A stretch of 62,293 nucleotides of DNA, filler included, from Choristocarpus tenellus KU-1152 (GCA_964200185.2; 11 parts of 11 records of this genome joined end to end with filler, not necessarily neighbours in it); one strand, 5' to 3'; shown: positions 38,794 to 53,329, numbered from the whole stretch's first letter. A program made the numbers and translations. Notes: generated from the sequence alone by a model not told the origin.

Positions 38794-41700
38794 TGTCGAA
38801 TAACCTATTGTTATCCTTACGTTGTCTGTGCTGATACCAGTATATAACATAGGTTTCATGTACGTTTATCTTTAGTTCGGTACAATGCAAAGTAGTAACG
38901 TGCATGTGGTATAATGAGTCAGCATTCATTCATACATCAGTGATGATGGATAGCTGGCGGGCAAAATTAATATTCAGTGTATGTTTTACTATGTATCTCA
39001 ACCAGCAGCTTTGGGCGACGAGCCTTTACATGCGCAAAGCTTCTCAACACGCTTAAGTGGATAATCAAAACCTCTAGCTAGGGGAGGCGCAGCCGAACTG
39101 GTTTGGTTTGAGTTGGTACTACATCACTCATGACCTCAGATGGTTTTATTCTACACTCCTACAACTTAACAGACGACAACTACACTGACCGGTTCGCCAC
39201 TACACGTGCCATCCTGGGTGCTAAGGGTGATATCGACGAGGCGTTGGAGTGCAGGGATGACCCCATCAGGGTGAGTGACATAGACTTCATCAAGGGGGGA
39301 GATTTTGATGAAGATGAGGTCACCAAGGCCAAGAAGGCATATGACGTCCTGCTGAGAAGTGCCAGTGGGTTTTACAGGTGCATTTTCCGCAATGCAGCGT
39401 CACCATCAGGAGCTTGGCAGCAGCTACGGGATAATTTCCTAATTCATTCAAACGAGGAAATAGCAAGGCTCCACTCCAAAAGAAAGTGATGATAGTCAAG
39501 ATGCCACGGGGGTCAGACCCCCAAATAACCTTTACAACGATATTGGATTAGGTTGGCCAGATGGCGATGATGGGGCATGTGATCTCCGAATAGGTGCTTC
39601 AAATCGCCATGTTAGATTGTTTGGATGAGGACTACCAGATCACCAAACACTACCTTCAGCACCAACATAAGAGTGAGCGTACGAGAGCTAAGATACATTA
39701 AGCTGCTCATTCGTGCTACTTCTCTCTCCTCCAGAAGGTAGCGGGTTGCAGAGAGCCTGGGAGCGCTCTGGTCGCAAGGACCCACAAAAGGGTTGACCGA
39801 GGTGGCAGCCAAGGTACGAATGGTCATCGTACGGACCCTCGGACGACAGGATCCCGTACCAGGGGTTTGACCAAGATCCGAGAGAAATGTAGAAAGTGTG
39901 GTTTGGTCAGGCATTTCGGTTCTTGTACGTTTGGAGGACTGTGTTACAGCTGTGGGGAAAATGGCCACCTGTGAGCTGTGTGTCCTCAGAGAGAGGCAAA
40001 ACCGTTAAAGTTGACGGCAATACTAGCTGAACCAGATGAACCAGCAAGGGAGGCAAGGAAGTTCAACACCATGTTTGCCGCTGTGACTGACAATGGCAAA
40101 GTGAGGTCGAATGCTTTCTAAACATGGTGTTTTGATTCAGGGGCTTATAATAATGTGACAAAAGATTTGACGTACATGTATGACTTCACCACATGTCCAC
40201 AAGGCCACAACATGACCGTGACTGACAGCAAATCACTACCCAGTGTGGGGTATGGCGAGATCGATTTTAATTTCAATGTTGGTCGCGATGAGCAAGTGCA
40301 TGTTACCTTGCGTCTGTCACATTTATCCCGAAAATAGCTTCAATATTTTCTCTTCATGAACGTACTGTGCTGGAATGGCTAATGAAGTGACCATCAAGGG
40401 AATTGGCGATGAGTATCACATATCCGATGGGGAGGATCTTCCACTTGATTTTAAGTGGGATGGATCCATGTATACTGCTAACGTCAAAAGACTCCCACCC
40501 CCAGAAGATACACCATTGTTTGCAAATGCCTCTTCAAAACCTGTGAACATCAACATTTTTCATCACATCCTCAACCATGCTGGTGAGAAAATTCTCCGTT
40601 ATACAGTTAGTGAACAGGGCATCTAGCTGTCAGGAAATCTACCATCAACGCAGTGTATAGGGTGCACTAAGGGAATTCAAATCAAAAATCCTGTCCCCAA
40701 AGCCACCGCTGTCCGAGCTAGAAGACCATTCACCTGCATCTTCATTGACCTCACGGGACCCAAGAGAATATGATCTCTCGATGGGGCCGAGTACACCCTC
40801 GCAATTGTTGATGGTGCAACTCGTTTCATCTGGATATGACCGCTCTAGAAGAAAAATAATGCAGCCAAGGCCCTTGGGCGTTGGTTCAAATCCAAAGTAC
40901 TTCCCAGTGGGTGGTGTATTGCTATATTCGACATGACCCGGGGGGTGAGCCGCAGAGTGAGGAATTTGACGATTTGATAACGGAAATGGGTGCAGTGCAG
41001 GAAATTACTAGGATAGGGGAACCCCAGTATAATGGTATAGTCGAATGTCGCATTGCTCAAGTTGATGGTGGTGCCCGGGCCAGCATGTATTCTGCAGAAT
41101 TGGGTGAGAAAATGTTGCTGTGGGAAGAGGCATATAATCACCCTGTATTCATCCTCAACAGAAGTTCAACTGCTGCATAAAGGGATCTCACCTTACGGAG
41201 CACTTTATGGGGAAGTTGGATCACTGATGGGTGTCCCGGTTTTCGGCACCCCTGGATACTACAAGTTCAGTCCAGGACCCAAACTTGGGAGCCGTGGACA
41301 GCAATGCATTATGGTCGGTATATAAAAAACCAACCCCATGGCATTTTCTGTGTCCTGGACTTCACAACTAATCGTGTACTTCAGCGAGCCAACATCCATT
41401 GGCACCTCACCAAGGATGGCAGGGTATGATTTCCAATTTCTGATTTCGAACAGGATGATGAAGATTTGGATGACAGTCTAGGGTACATTCTTCCTCCACA
41501 TGCACGCAGAGGACTAGTGAAATCCAGGAGATGGGGGGTGAATGTGATGATAATGATGATGATGGAATCTCCTGGATTGAAAGAGGATTACCTGGTGATG
41601 ATGAACCTGAAGCTACATTTAGTGACGGTGGTGAAACTGTGGATGATGACGCCAATGATCGAGATGACGATGGGATGGATGAGACTAAGGACAGCCAATG

Positions 41701-42461
41701 CGAAAGGGGACTCCGACTGCTCAGCATTGGAAATGGTAACAACAACAACACCCTTCCCTACCACACCAGATCAGGTGGTAACCGTCAAGATTGTGCAGAA
41801 TAAGATGTTTTGGGTTTGAGAGTTCCAGCAACCCTTCATTGCCTGCACTCTCATGGGAGAGTGTGCAAAATAGGACAATTGTGAGGTGTACCTTATTTTG
41901 TGTATGAGAGATATAACTAGTGAGATAGTACATCCATCCGGATTATGAATGGAATTACGTATAGTTTATTATTCTGCATTCAACTACTTTGACATAACCG
42001 TTGACTTAGGTAGGAAGCACAAATAATAATAAAGCAAGCAATGAGAAGACACCCCGCAAAGCTCCCTCTTCTAATTTCAACCATGTAATTATGTTCAGCA
42101 ATGGGGAACCATGTGAGGCTTCACACCTTCTTGTCTTCACTACTGATAAATAGCATTACCTCCCAAGGTAAATTGCACAAAAATACTTCTGCAAGAGCTG
42201 CTATCTTTGACATGTCCAATTTTGTATGACTTGTTTGTCTGTTCCCATAGAGACTACCCTTGTGATGTTTGCGAGTGATGGTTCTATTAGAGAATTAGCG
42301 GATGAGCTCCCTCCAGAACCCAAGACTGTGAGAGCAGCATGTAGTTCTCCCAAATGTGGTCTATCGGATCGAGCTAGAGCAGAAGAGATGTCTGGTTTGT
42401 TGTTGAATAATGTTTGGTTGGAAGCCGTATTACTCCCTGGACACAGGGCACTAAACACTAA
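38794..42461 (+). mobile_element. Decayed Ty1/copia family F element: 5' LTR 38794-39049, gag, PR, GAG-pre-integrase, integrase, start of RT; truncated by contig end
   Basis: TGTCG...CAACA LTR; gag homologous to 57920-58675; WCFDSGA, HHILNH, FIDLTGP, PQYNGIVE; family E insertion about 41850-42230. Confidence 0.92.
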
Positions 42462-42704
42462 GACTCAATGTATCTGGGGGGGAGTGGCGGCTGTCCATTT
42501 GGGGCCCATTTTTCCATGTCGCAGTCTTTGGGTGATTTGGTTGCATGNNNNNNNNNNNNNNNNNNNNNNNNNNNNNNNNNNNNNNNNNNNNTTAATTAAT
42601 TAANNNNNNNNNNNNNNNNNNNNNNNNNNNNNNNNNNNNNNNNNNNNCTAGGTAGTTCTTCCTTGCCATTCGCACGCTCACATTGCTGATCTGTTTTTCG
42701 TGTA

Positions 42705-43062
42705 TCACATTGTTATTTCATTTGACAGGTTTCGCTGGAAATCAGTGATTCGGAGACGTTCCTGCCCAAGGCCAAACCTGCGAGAATTCTTACGGCAGTC
42801 ATGACGGATCAACGTGTTTATGCATCGCGTCCACGCATCAACAACTTCACCCCTTTTCACATCGAGCTCGTCGAAGACTCGTGTCTTTCTTAGGACATAC
42901 AGCGGTCCTTTCAGGTGCTTCGTCTGCAGTCGACGTCCCACGCATCAAAGGAAAGCTCTTACAGGTTCGTTGAGATGACGTTACGGCAACGGATGAGTTC
43001 ATATTTCGGTGAGAGAATACATCTTTTTTTTTTAGGTGGCCAGCCGAGGTCAAGGTTGCCAT
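42705..43062 (-). pseudogene. Frameshifted ORF, possibly a Myb/SANT-like transposon accessory protein
   Basis: VKRGEVVDAWTRCINTL resembles Harbinger-associated Myb-like helices; weak. Confidence 0.2.
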
Positions 43063-43409
43063 GTTATTTTTTTTAAGAGAGAGAATGGTGTGACGCGGAA
43101 GGCTGCGGCCATAGCCTAGCTTTCCACTATTGAGCGTATACGGTAGACTTGCGAATGCCCCATAAATGCAAGGCTCGTTTTGGGGGGGATATATAGGTGA
43201 CGATCAACTCGTTGATTTGAACACACATGCCCACTCCCCTGCCCGTAACAAATTAACCTCTCTTCTCTAATATATTATGTATTGTATTTTTTCTCTACAG
43301 ATTAGAAGTCAAATTCACTCACTAGGATTTTCGCAGAGTAATCCTTTGGGGAAAGAGATAGTAAACCGTCGAATTAAACCATAACGGATTATTGGTTTCA
43401 TAAAAGAGT

Positions 43410-43940
43410 ATCCAATCGAAGTGATCGATTTATCCCAGCCAATCAAAAATGCTGCAAAACCTACATTGTACAAGGTGGAGACTTCTATCGTTTTGGCTAG
43501 GTGGTAGAGACACTTGTTTGCCAGCATGTCACACCCTTGCGCTGCCTCAGTCGAAACCCTGATCGTCAGGCAGAAACAAGGACTATAATGCCACAACAGG
43601 ACTTCCATGCACGAATAGGTATCAAGCCAAACTTCACTTTTCTACAGAGAAGTTGTCAACCGTGTACTGACAGCACTTGCACCGATGCTTCAACCTGTTT
43701 TAACCCAGAAACCCTCACCCGCTGTCTGTTCAGCCTTAAATACCGAACCTTCTTCCGTTCCCAGCAAGCACAGTACCTCGTTCGTTCCCAAAAAAGCAAG
43801 GCACCAAAACCCTTCCGATCAGTCACATCCGTTCCCCAGCTTGTCCTTTGATCCCTACCTGCTTTAGCCACAGACAGGGCGAACGATAAAAGTCGGCACG
43901 ATTTGGGCGAAGGCTTACCTCCATCTTCTACCTCCACAAG
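43410..43940. repeat. Unclassified dispersed repeat family C, copy 2
   Basis: Similar to 18830-19340. Confidence 0.85.
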
Positions 43941-44459
43941 ACGAAGACGACATATGGCTAAAGGCGAACCAAGTTTGCTTTCATCGTGCCTCTAGTCAAG
44001 ACTGCTTCACGTCTACAACTGACGAGTGCAGGTATACGAAATGCCACTCGTTAGTTCCCAGAGGAATCCACTCATAACTTTCGGGAACCCACCGAGGACC
44101 TCCTGGTACTCATTCTATACTCCAGTGTCTCGTACGATGGTAGCCTTAATAGAAACGAATCTCCGATACCTAGCAGCGATGCAACACTCGAAACTTTCTC
44201 TGCTATCCATCAGAAACCCAACCGTTTTCGGACGTTGCAGAGTCACCTTGAAGTTGCGCCATGGAGTCTGAAGCCCCGGCGATCCATGTCATTCCAACTA
44301 TAGATAAGACTTTCATTCCCACCTCGATAATATTCGCCATGACACTGACCATTGTACTGGTCAAGTATCAATATATGCCCTGCCATGTCACTCACATAGG
44401 GTCCACTCGAGAATGCTTGCCCAGGTACTCCCGACACAGGTGTAGGTCTCATCTATTTT

Positions 44460-45230
44460 TGTGAAAATTGCTTACCACAGCTCAACATGGCAGGCAAAGG
44501 TACCTTAAATGCAGCAAACCTCAGAGGGTGTAATATTCTACCAGTGCTGGTATTGAAGTCATGCAAACTTCTAATAACGTTTTCCCCAGAGGAAGAAGTG
44601 TGCAATATGGCTTTTAGGATAGTGGTGGGGCTGCCATACAAAATTATATTTAGGAGCAAATGTTTTTAGACAACACTAGAGGGAACTGTTATTTAGAGAA
44701 GTTCAATGCTCCCAACCATCGCCACTGCCACCATGGGTACCTTTTGTCATTCCAACACCCAGATCGAACAGTAACAATGTACCCTTGTCAGACCTTAGCA
44801 AATGGCATTGTGGTACAAAGGAAAGTCCTAAGATGGATATTTGTTAGACTAGGTAACTAGAGCAGCTTCACCTTAGTACAGTTGGATATATATCATGCCT
44901 TCTAGGACCTTCACAACCCTAACACAAGACCATGTCCAACTAATGTTCCAACCCAAGAACAACTCTTGCCTCGATAGGATGTGTTACATCTCTTCCCTAC
45001 AGGTACTAGTGTCAAACATTTTGGATGGATGAAAGCTGAAGAGACTGATAAGACAGGGTCCAGTTGTTGAGTTCAAGTCACCCCACTGGAGGGTATGGTT
45101 GAAGGATGGAGGTAAAGAGGAATTCGGCAGGGAGAGATGAGTGCCTCCTCCAGAAAACCTTCCAGCAGGTAATTGTATGCCTGAGGGACAAGGTGAGGTC
45201 CAGCTGGTACATGCTAGAACAAGAGATTAA
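44460..45230 (-). pseudogene. Highly decayed LINE-like RT C-terminal remnant
   Basis: WGDLN..., IYPTVL-type fragments; many stops. Confidence 0.3.
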
Positions 45231-45359
45231 AGCATTGAAAATCATAAGTAACTGAAAGGAGTGTGAGAATAGCAGAAGTTAGAATGAAGCTGCCCATATT
45301 AGAGCACACAGTATTATACATTGGTTGTATAGGCTGAAGTTCTTGGAAAATATAAACAT

Positions 45360-45765
45360 TGAGCTCACTACTTTTTAATTTTTATATATTTTCCTCTTTT
45401 CTATTTTGTAACAACTCTCTATGATCTTGAATCCTTATGTTTTTCTAATATTATTTATTTTTAGTTCTCATCCCATCATCCCCTGATTATGAATTTCATT
45501 TCTTTTCATAGTTGTTGCCCTCCTTATTTGCTGACTTTTCTTCTTTTCTTCCCTTTTACTTTTTGTGCTTTTATTTTATTTTATTTACTATTCAGTTTCC
45601 ACTTTGTTACTCTCATCATCCACACATTTTTTTATTATTTATTTTCTATTTATTGCTCATTTTATCTTTATCTCTTCTCTTTATTTATTATTAGTACTAT
45701 TTGTTGCTCTCATTGACCCTTCTTTATTTATTTGATTTGATTATTTATATATTTTTATTGCCTGT
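45360..45765. repeat. T-rich low-complexity tract
   Basis: Seen directly. Confidence 0.8.
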
Positions 45766-46529
45766 TTTGCACACTAGCAGCCTTGAGTATGCTTTGTGCA
45801 TGGGGGGCATAGGACAGGCAATAATCAGATGCTGTGTAGGTCATGAACAATATAAGTCTAATCCTTGATAGCACTTACATTTATATAACCCAGAAGATTG
45901 GAACGGTAGACCCACGAATTGTATGCCTAATCATAGCTATGTATTTTGTATCTTTTGAAGGTCCAGTTCAAAAGAAACAGGGTATACTCGGACTAGGCCA
46001 GGGGCAATCTGACTCTAATGTTATTCTGCGACCTTGGAAAAATTTCCCAGGGTAGACAAGTATATTTGCCGACCTGTTTTGAGGCTAGTTGGAGTTATGT
46101 ATATTTCTACAACAAAAGTATATACTCTTATCTGGTCAGACATATATTGATCTTGACTGTGCCTTACGACTTTTGAGGATCCGTTCTCGAAGAAACCAGA
46201 GGATTGCTGATCATTGTTGGAATCCATAGGTTAATTTGGAACTGGAGTCCCTATTGGAGAAAACTGACAGAGTTGGAACTGAAGTCCCTATGCTACCGAA
46301 TGGCAATTATGCATGCCACCGCAGCATGATCTAAGGTGATGGACATTTATTATCCAGATAATGATTATTGCCTGTGAAAATCATGGAACAGGTAGCCCCT
46401 GCATAGAACATAGGATAGCAAACGTTGGCACCTTGAAGTGACTTACATCAGAACAGATAGCAATTTATGTAAGATGTTTTGCTTTAAAAAAAAAATATAT
46501 ATATATATATATCACCCCACACTGTCCCC

Positions 46530-47888
46530 TTGCTTTCTCCGTGCGTTGGTAGATTCAGAACTACAGTGTACCCCTCCCTCACATAATGAACCGAGTGTAG
46601 GTGTAGCGCAAATGTTACTTCGGGGAACAGTTGATGCCACACTCTCAGGAATATTTTCAGCTCTGCAAGATTGCCACACGAGACCTGATAATCTAGACTT
46701 AGGCGTTCGAGGTTGGTTACCACTCAGTAGTTCCCAGGATCAAAGCATGCCAGTGTATAAACTCCCTCCCTCTGGTTGGATGATCCCAGATAGAACACCT
46801 AGTATAGACCTGACACACACCCCGCAGAAACTCCTCCCCCCGCTTAACGCCACTAACACTTTTGGTTGGCAACCTTTAGACTCTACTCTCAAAGACAGGG
46901 TAGAAATAAAAGGAAAAGCAGGAGAAGAAACGCCACCTTACAAGAAAAGGCGCACAAGCACACCAAGGCCGAAGAACAAGAAGGGCAGTGACAGAATGGT
47001 TCGAATGAGTGAGGTGGTTCAACACCACCCCACTCTCAAGAGAGCAATGGCTACTTTATCGGACGCACCAGAGCTAGTGGAGAGGCAGAAGAAAGACCCC
47101 TTCTTGGGCAGCATACGGGGTGTACTCGAAGGCCAAGAACACTGGAAGTCGTCAATCGAATGAGGAAAAGGGAGTACAGATGTGGAGTCATATTCCTTAG
47201 ATGATACAGAGTTACTCTGGTACACCCCTGGAGAGTATTCACCTAGGCTAGCAGTTCCTCGCTCACTAGTGTCAGACATCATAGCACTTGTTCACCTGCA
47301 GACTAGTCATCAGGGAGTTGGACGCACAGTGGCCCTAACCTGTCGATACTTCTTTCGGCCCTCACTCCACAAAGACACGTAGCATCAGGTTTTATCCTGT
47401 GGCTGTCGCAGACGGAAGAGGACCAGGAGCACGCAAGTGGCAATGCTGCCAGCCAAGTTCCTGGAACCATGGGATGTACTCGAGATGGACCTACAAGATG
47501 TAGGACACATTTCAGCAATAGGCAATAAGTATCTGTTACTTGTGATTGATTGAGCTTCGAGAGTCCCTTTTGCATTTCCCATGGCGTCAAAGGAAGCAAC
47601 TGGAGTAGCAACAAACGTGCTAGAATTATGTTTCACATTCGGGATCCCTCGGTCAATTCGTAGTGATGCGGGAGGGGAGTTCACAGGAGACGTAATGAGT
47701 CACCTTTGCCGTTGGCTGAGGTTCCTATCAATTGTGGACCAACTGGTAACTCGAGGGGACAAGGGGGAGTAGAAATGATGGGAGGCCTGCTTTTAGAAGT
47801 CCTGTCGGAACTATGTGTGAAGTGGCCAGATAGATGGGATGAGTATGTATCTCCAGCATGTTGGGCACAACGCACCACCCCAGATCCC
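46530..47888 (+). mobile_element. Decayed Ty3/gypsy integrase region
   Basis: QKKDP, HLQTSHQGVGRT...SCGC (HHCC zinc finger), PWDVLEMD, GNKYLLLVID, FGIPRSIRSDAGGEF, RWDEYV. Confidence 0.92.
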
Positions 47889-47988
47889 NNNNNNNNNNNN
47901 NNNNNNNNNNNNNNNNNNNNNNNNNNNNNNNNTTAATTAATTAANNNNNNNNNNNNNNNNNNNNNNNNNNNNNNNNNNNNNNNNNNNN

Positions 47989-49191
47989 GGTGGTGGTGGT
48001 AGGGGAAGGGGCAAGGGAAGGGGCAGGGGGAGGGGACAAAGGCAGGAGGATAGGCGAGGTGGCCGGCGTGAGGGTCAAGGAGGAGAGAGGGGCAGAGGCC
48101 GTCAGATCTCACATGGGCAGGAACTGAAAACTGAGGCAACATTTGGGGGCAGCGCAGCATCACCTGGGACAAAAGGATCCTCTGTTGAGAAAAATAATTC
48201 CTTAATGTCAGATCTAAATAATTATTTTGGCACTGCGGTGACTACCTCTGTGGAATCAAAGGCAGAAACAGTGCCAGTCTTTGATGGGAAGGCTGATGAA
48301 GGCTGTGCTGATCCTGCTCAGGGCAATGGTGGTGGGTTTGTTAATGTACCTGAGGTGCCTGTTCTCGCCTCTGCTGAAGCTGATGCTGGGAGCAAGGAGT
48401 TGGAAGCAAAGGTCAAACAGGGTGATATCCTTGGCAGGGCTGCAGGCATGAAGGTGGGGCATTTTTATTCCTGAAGACACTGCTTGTCCTATTGGCGAAT
48501 TGTTGAGTGTGTGTGTGGTTTTGGATGATCTCAGTGTCCATGTTTGTGCAGGGGAACATGTGCTCAATGTTGTATAAGATTAGCTGTACTTCTTATAGAA
48601 CTTGTGAGTACTTCCATACCATGCCCATACCATATTATGTTGTTTCTCCATCGCCAGATGGTTGCTGCTGATGTTCTGGGACTGACTGGAATGGTTGTAA
48701 GCCCTTGCTAACCCTCGGCATATTCTAAGTATATGGCATACACCTAAGGAATACTACAGTACTTGGAGTGATTGCTGTAGATGAAGTTGTTGCCTTGTAA
48801 CTAGGGACTTTTGGTTTGAACCATGTGTACTAGGCTGGTGGGGTGAGTGAGTTTAATACTCACCACACAAGCGACATTTGGTGTGTTTGTGTGGAACTTG
48901 AGGACATGATTGACTCTATATTTGTTCCTAAGTTTTGGTTATTACTTCTTTTGTATTTCTATGTGCACATGGGGTGGCATGGCATGTCGCTTCTCTATTG
49001 CCAATATACCCCAGTCTAGTACTTCAGTACCTCACGTTTTGTAAAACCCACTTGCATCTCCTTACCAATCAAAACAACAGGTGGTAGAGCTCAAGGCCGA
49101 GCTGAGGGAGAGAGGGCTCAAGGTTTCTGGCGCCAAGTCTGAGCTTGTGGAAAGGCTCAAGGTGTCACTGGAAGCTTCTTCTAAAGAATAA
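47989..49191 (+). CDS. RG-rich protein with C-terminal SAP domain, 3' exons 47989-48453 and 49081-49191
   Basis: Frame open from contig start (RGRGKGRGRGRG...); phase-0 splice gives MK|VVELKAELRERGLKVSGAKSELVERL (SAP motif), then TAA. Confidence 0.85.
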
Positions 49192-51549
49192 GTAGCACCT
49201 GCAGTAGGTTCACCAGTAGTGGGTCTGTTGTGATGTCTGGTTATATATACCATGGAAGGGAGTGTACACCTGCAAGACCAGAAAGTGCTGATTTACCGCT
49301 GGTGGAAGGAGGAGGGACACAGCAGGGTAGCTGAGGAGGAAGTTGTGGATGATGATCCCAAGGTTTTGGCAACTACAGCGACTAGTGGTGTGACATACTG
49401 TTTTTTAGATGATTAGATGCAGAATGCTGCAATATTTAACAAGGCCTGCATGGATTTGGTATGATGGTCAGAAATGGTGGAATAATGTGCCCTTGTAGTG
49501 TTTTCTGCATACCTTGCTCATAGTATACGGAACATTAATGTTTTGCAGTCCATAGTACGCATTATAGCAACAGTGATAGCCAGCAGTCAGCACACTGAGG
49601 AGCAGACAAGAAGGGGTTATACCCTCTGGGTTTGGCCTAGAGGGGTGCAGAAGTGTATCTATATGTGAGAGGAAGTTGACTTCTGAACAGGTACCCCCTT
49701 TTGCCATTTTGGATAGCCCATAATTGTAATAGTACCCTTTTGTGCCGAGATACCATAAAGGGGTTCTGGTTGTATGTTTGATGCATAGAACCTAGTTCCC
49801 AACCTCACTTAACCTTGCGATGCATTTCGTCGAATATTGGGCAATTTTCGGAAATTCTTAACGTGAGAATAGATGCTTCAGCAGAAATTCAATTGAGAAT
49901 AATTCGCCAGAAAAGATATGTAAGGAATACAAATTGGAGTAGTGACAAGTGATACCATTGTCTATGTAAGGTTTTCTGTTCTCCATTCCAAAGCACATGA
50001 CTCGAACATCATACTGGGTGTAGACTAACTCAGGTGGGAAAAGGGTTTAGGTTAACTGTTGTGTGATGAGGATGTAGCCGGGAAGACCTTGAATGAGACT
50101 CCGCTTCTCTCCACACAAAGAACAAAATCACTTAGATCAGTGGAGAGAGTTTTTTTTGTATGGCGTCAAGAGAATGAGGAAGGAAAAGCATTGGAAATGC
50201 TTCTAAAGATAAAGAGAACAGTTGAGAAAATATTATCTGAGACACATACATTTATACTACATAGTATGATTTTATGAGTGAAGACGCATGGACAATAGTT
50301 TGAAAGAAGTCCATGTCGAGGACGCCAGCCTGTCTGTATATGTTGGCCAAATACACCTCTCGACTTGTATTCAGGCTGATCGTGTTGCTCACTCACCCCA
50401 TGCCCTCAGACCTTGACCATGAGCTTGATGATGCGATACGGATACTAGTGTAGTACACTAGGTTACCTCTTAGCTTTACAAAGACTTCAAGCTTCACACA
50501 GAGCACTTCACGAACCAACGATTTATGCAATTCAATGTGTTATAATCTTCATGAGGACACTTTTCGAAGGTGGATCTCCCATTCTGAGGAGTTTCTTTTG
50601 TGAACCCCATCCGAACCGTGATCCTCCCCACTTCCTCATTTTTTTGTCCTCTTGGTTACGGTCTGTCTTGGTCCGTTTTGCCAAGTGATTCTCTTAACCA
50701 CCCTTGCCTAGTGAACCACACTGCCACAGAATAACACGATTCTCAACTCTTCGTTTTTCTTTTATGGTCCTTGTGTTTCTCAACCAGTGTGCATTGCCTT
50801 CTTTGGACTACCGTTTTGACCATACGTCTGGGATCCCTCACACCAATGTGATCAAATAGTAAATTCCAAGCTTTTAACTACCAAGCAATTCCTGTGCATC
50901 CATCCATCTGTCTGTACGATACCAGAGCCTCTCTCACGTTAGCACCTTATTTAACCAAGTAATGCCTGTCCGTCCATCTATCTGTTTGTCAATACGTTAC
51001 CAGCACCAGCTCTTGTCCCTGTGTGTGTGATCACACTCACTCACGCAGACTTGCTCCAGAAACAAAATATCCTGAAATATTAAATCCTCACCAGCATCAG
51101 CGCTTTGGTCCCTATCACGTATGTACCATATAAAAGGAAGGAATTCCTTGCCTGACAAACTTACCTAACCCATAGAGGTGCTTTTTCTGTTTCCGAGTTT
51201 GAAGTTTGAATGTAGTACAGCATGTTATAAGAATAGTTCACCATGTAAGTCAGATTTTGGTTCAACACCTTGACTTCAACATAAGCTCCCCTGCGTGCTA
51301 AGATGCAAGGAGTTGCCCACGCTTCCTCCTCTCCCCTGTCGTTGGTCCCACATACATCTTGTTTGCCAACGAGGGTACACCATGAATGTCGCGGATTATA
51401 TTGTGTACATTTTCTGTACTCCGTTCGGAATTAAATGTAACATGACATTTCCAGCCCTGAGGAAGAAGCAAGATATTCTTCAAATGTTCATATTTTACGG
51501 GTGTATTGTCCAGACACTAAAATGTTGCCCATCAAACCTTAAGATAAAT

Positions 51550-52750
51550 GGGTCAGTCTACACCTATGTATGATTCCACCCCTGAAGTAATCCAATACTC
51601 CATTTCAGCACGGTGTTTTGTCACATCCACCGGGGAGCTTGCCCACCTTCTAGGCCATTTACTTGGTAAGATGGAGAATTTTGAAGCCTTTGTCACCCTT
51701 GGACCACATGACATCACCGTAGACTGTGAAGAATCTCTGCCAGACATGCTCCAGTACCTCCCTGGGGTACACATCAAACGCCTCCAATGTGGCCTCCAAC
51801 ACCTCTGTGTCGGTGAACCCCGTGTCTTTCTCCAGTTGCTGGATGGAATTGATGTTGAGGTCAGGTGAGTTGACTGGCTGGGTCCCTATGACAATGCTGT
51901 CCCCTGTTGCCTTCTCTATTGCTTCTATGATCCCCCCCTTGATCTATGCCTTTGCCCTGTCCTGCTGCACGAAGATGGTATGTCCTTCTGGCCTAGGCAT
52001 GTGGGCTTTGATTGGCAGGATGACATCCTCGATCATGAGCTTCTGATACCTCTCTCCGTCCACCATGGCTGGCACAAGCACCTTGGTGCCCTTGGGACGG
52101 TGTTTGCTGGAGCACTGACTTTAGTGTCCACGATTGGCCAGATCCCGATTTGCCCATTGAACCACACCCCATCTGAGAGCTTTCTAGGGTGGGCTACAGC
52201 TGCAAGGAACATCACCTTCGTAATGGAACCCTTATTCTGTGCCTGTGAGGGTTTGAGCGTAATGGAACCCTTATTCTGTGCCTGTGAGGGTTTGAGCGTA
52301 ATGGAACCCTTATTCTGTGCCTGTGAGGGTTTGAGGAGGTCCTCAGTGGAGTGCAGGTATCTACCTTGCCCATCTTTGAGGATGTAAAACCACTTCTTGT
52401 CCACCCTGTCATACAGGTCATCCACTAATACCCCACTTCCCCTCCTCCTGTGTTTGTACCTAATGACAAAATCCTCCTTACTTTGTGCTGGTCTGAGAGC
52501 GCTGGCTTGATCCACTGCTTGACCTTCCCCTCACATTTGCACATATCCCAAAATGACACAAGGGAGACCCCAGGTTTGTCTATTTGTGGAAAGATGTGCA
52601 GTGTACCGATGGGACATCCCAAACGTCAAGGATACTTGTATGACCTCCCCTGGCGACAAACATACTGTCCTTTTTCTTTTCAGTTTAAGCACCATCCTTT
52701 GAAAGTGCACAGACCACCATGCTTTTGTAGTCTGCTCTGTCACATCTCAT
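51550..52750 (-). mobile_element. Decayed Tc1/mariner transposase of the plant/oomycete (DD39D-like) type
   Basis: VDKKWFY, KVMFLAAVAHPR, FNGQIGIWP, QPVNSPDLN; frameshifts; 39-bp x3 duplication at 52219-52335. Confidence 0.88.
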
Positions 52751-52901
52751 GAAATTCGATTGTGTTGACATGAGAACCCACTGTGTACTACCTGGTGTGG
52801 GATCCTGTCATACCAGCGTTTGCACAATAACCAGCCATGCGATGATCACCACCCCGATTGGTGTTGATTGATTATGTGATAAGAGCCCCCCTTGTCTCTC
52901 T

Positions 52902-53149
52902 GAGTGAAAGTATCTTAGAGGGTAGGAATTTGCCCTGTTTGTCCATTTGGGGCTTGGCTTCCCACTGTGACATTTTACCTACTCTGAAATGTTTCGGAGT
53001 AGTTAAAATGCGTATCTTATGAAAGGTGTGCCTGGAACAAGGATATTGACACTTCCGAACAAACACGACAGCCAATACTACAATAAAAATTCAACACTTA
53101 TTTTGGTAGCCAAGCGGACGCGGCTCTACCCTCCAAGATACTTTGACTC
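52902..53149 (+). mobile_element. MITE-A copy 5
   Basis: TIRs; TSD TCT/TCT. Confidence 0.93.
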
Positions 53150-53329
53150 TCTGCTGTTCCCCACCTCCCTCTGCAAGGAAATATATCTTGAAGGAGTTGA
53201 GTTTAGAAGCCCTCAGAGACCATAAGCGCAGGTTACCTACCCAAGCCACTCTAGCTCTAGCAGTGCCTCCTCTAGCTAGGGTGTTTTGGTGAGCAAAGTG
53301 TATTGGAGTTTGTTCAGTCACAGTTTGAG

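Noticed and set aside
49750-51100. Decayed retroelement gag/pol
   Set aside because: No motif recoverable with confidence
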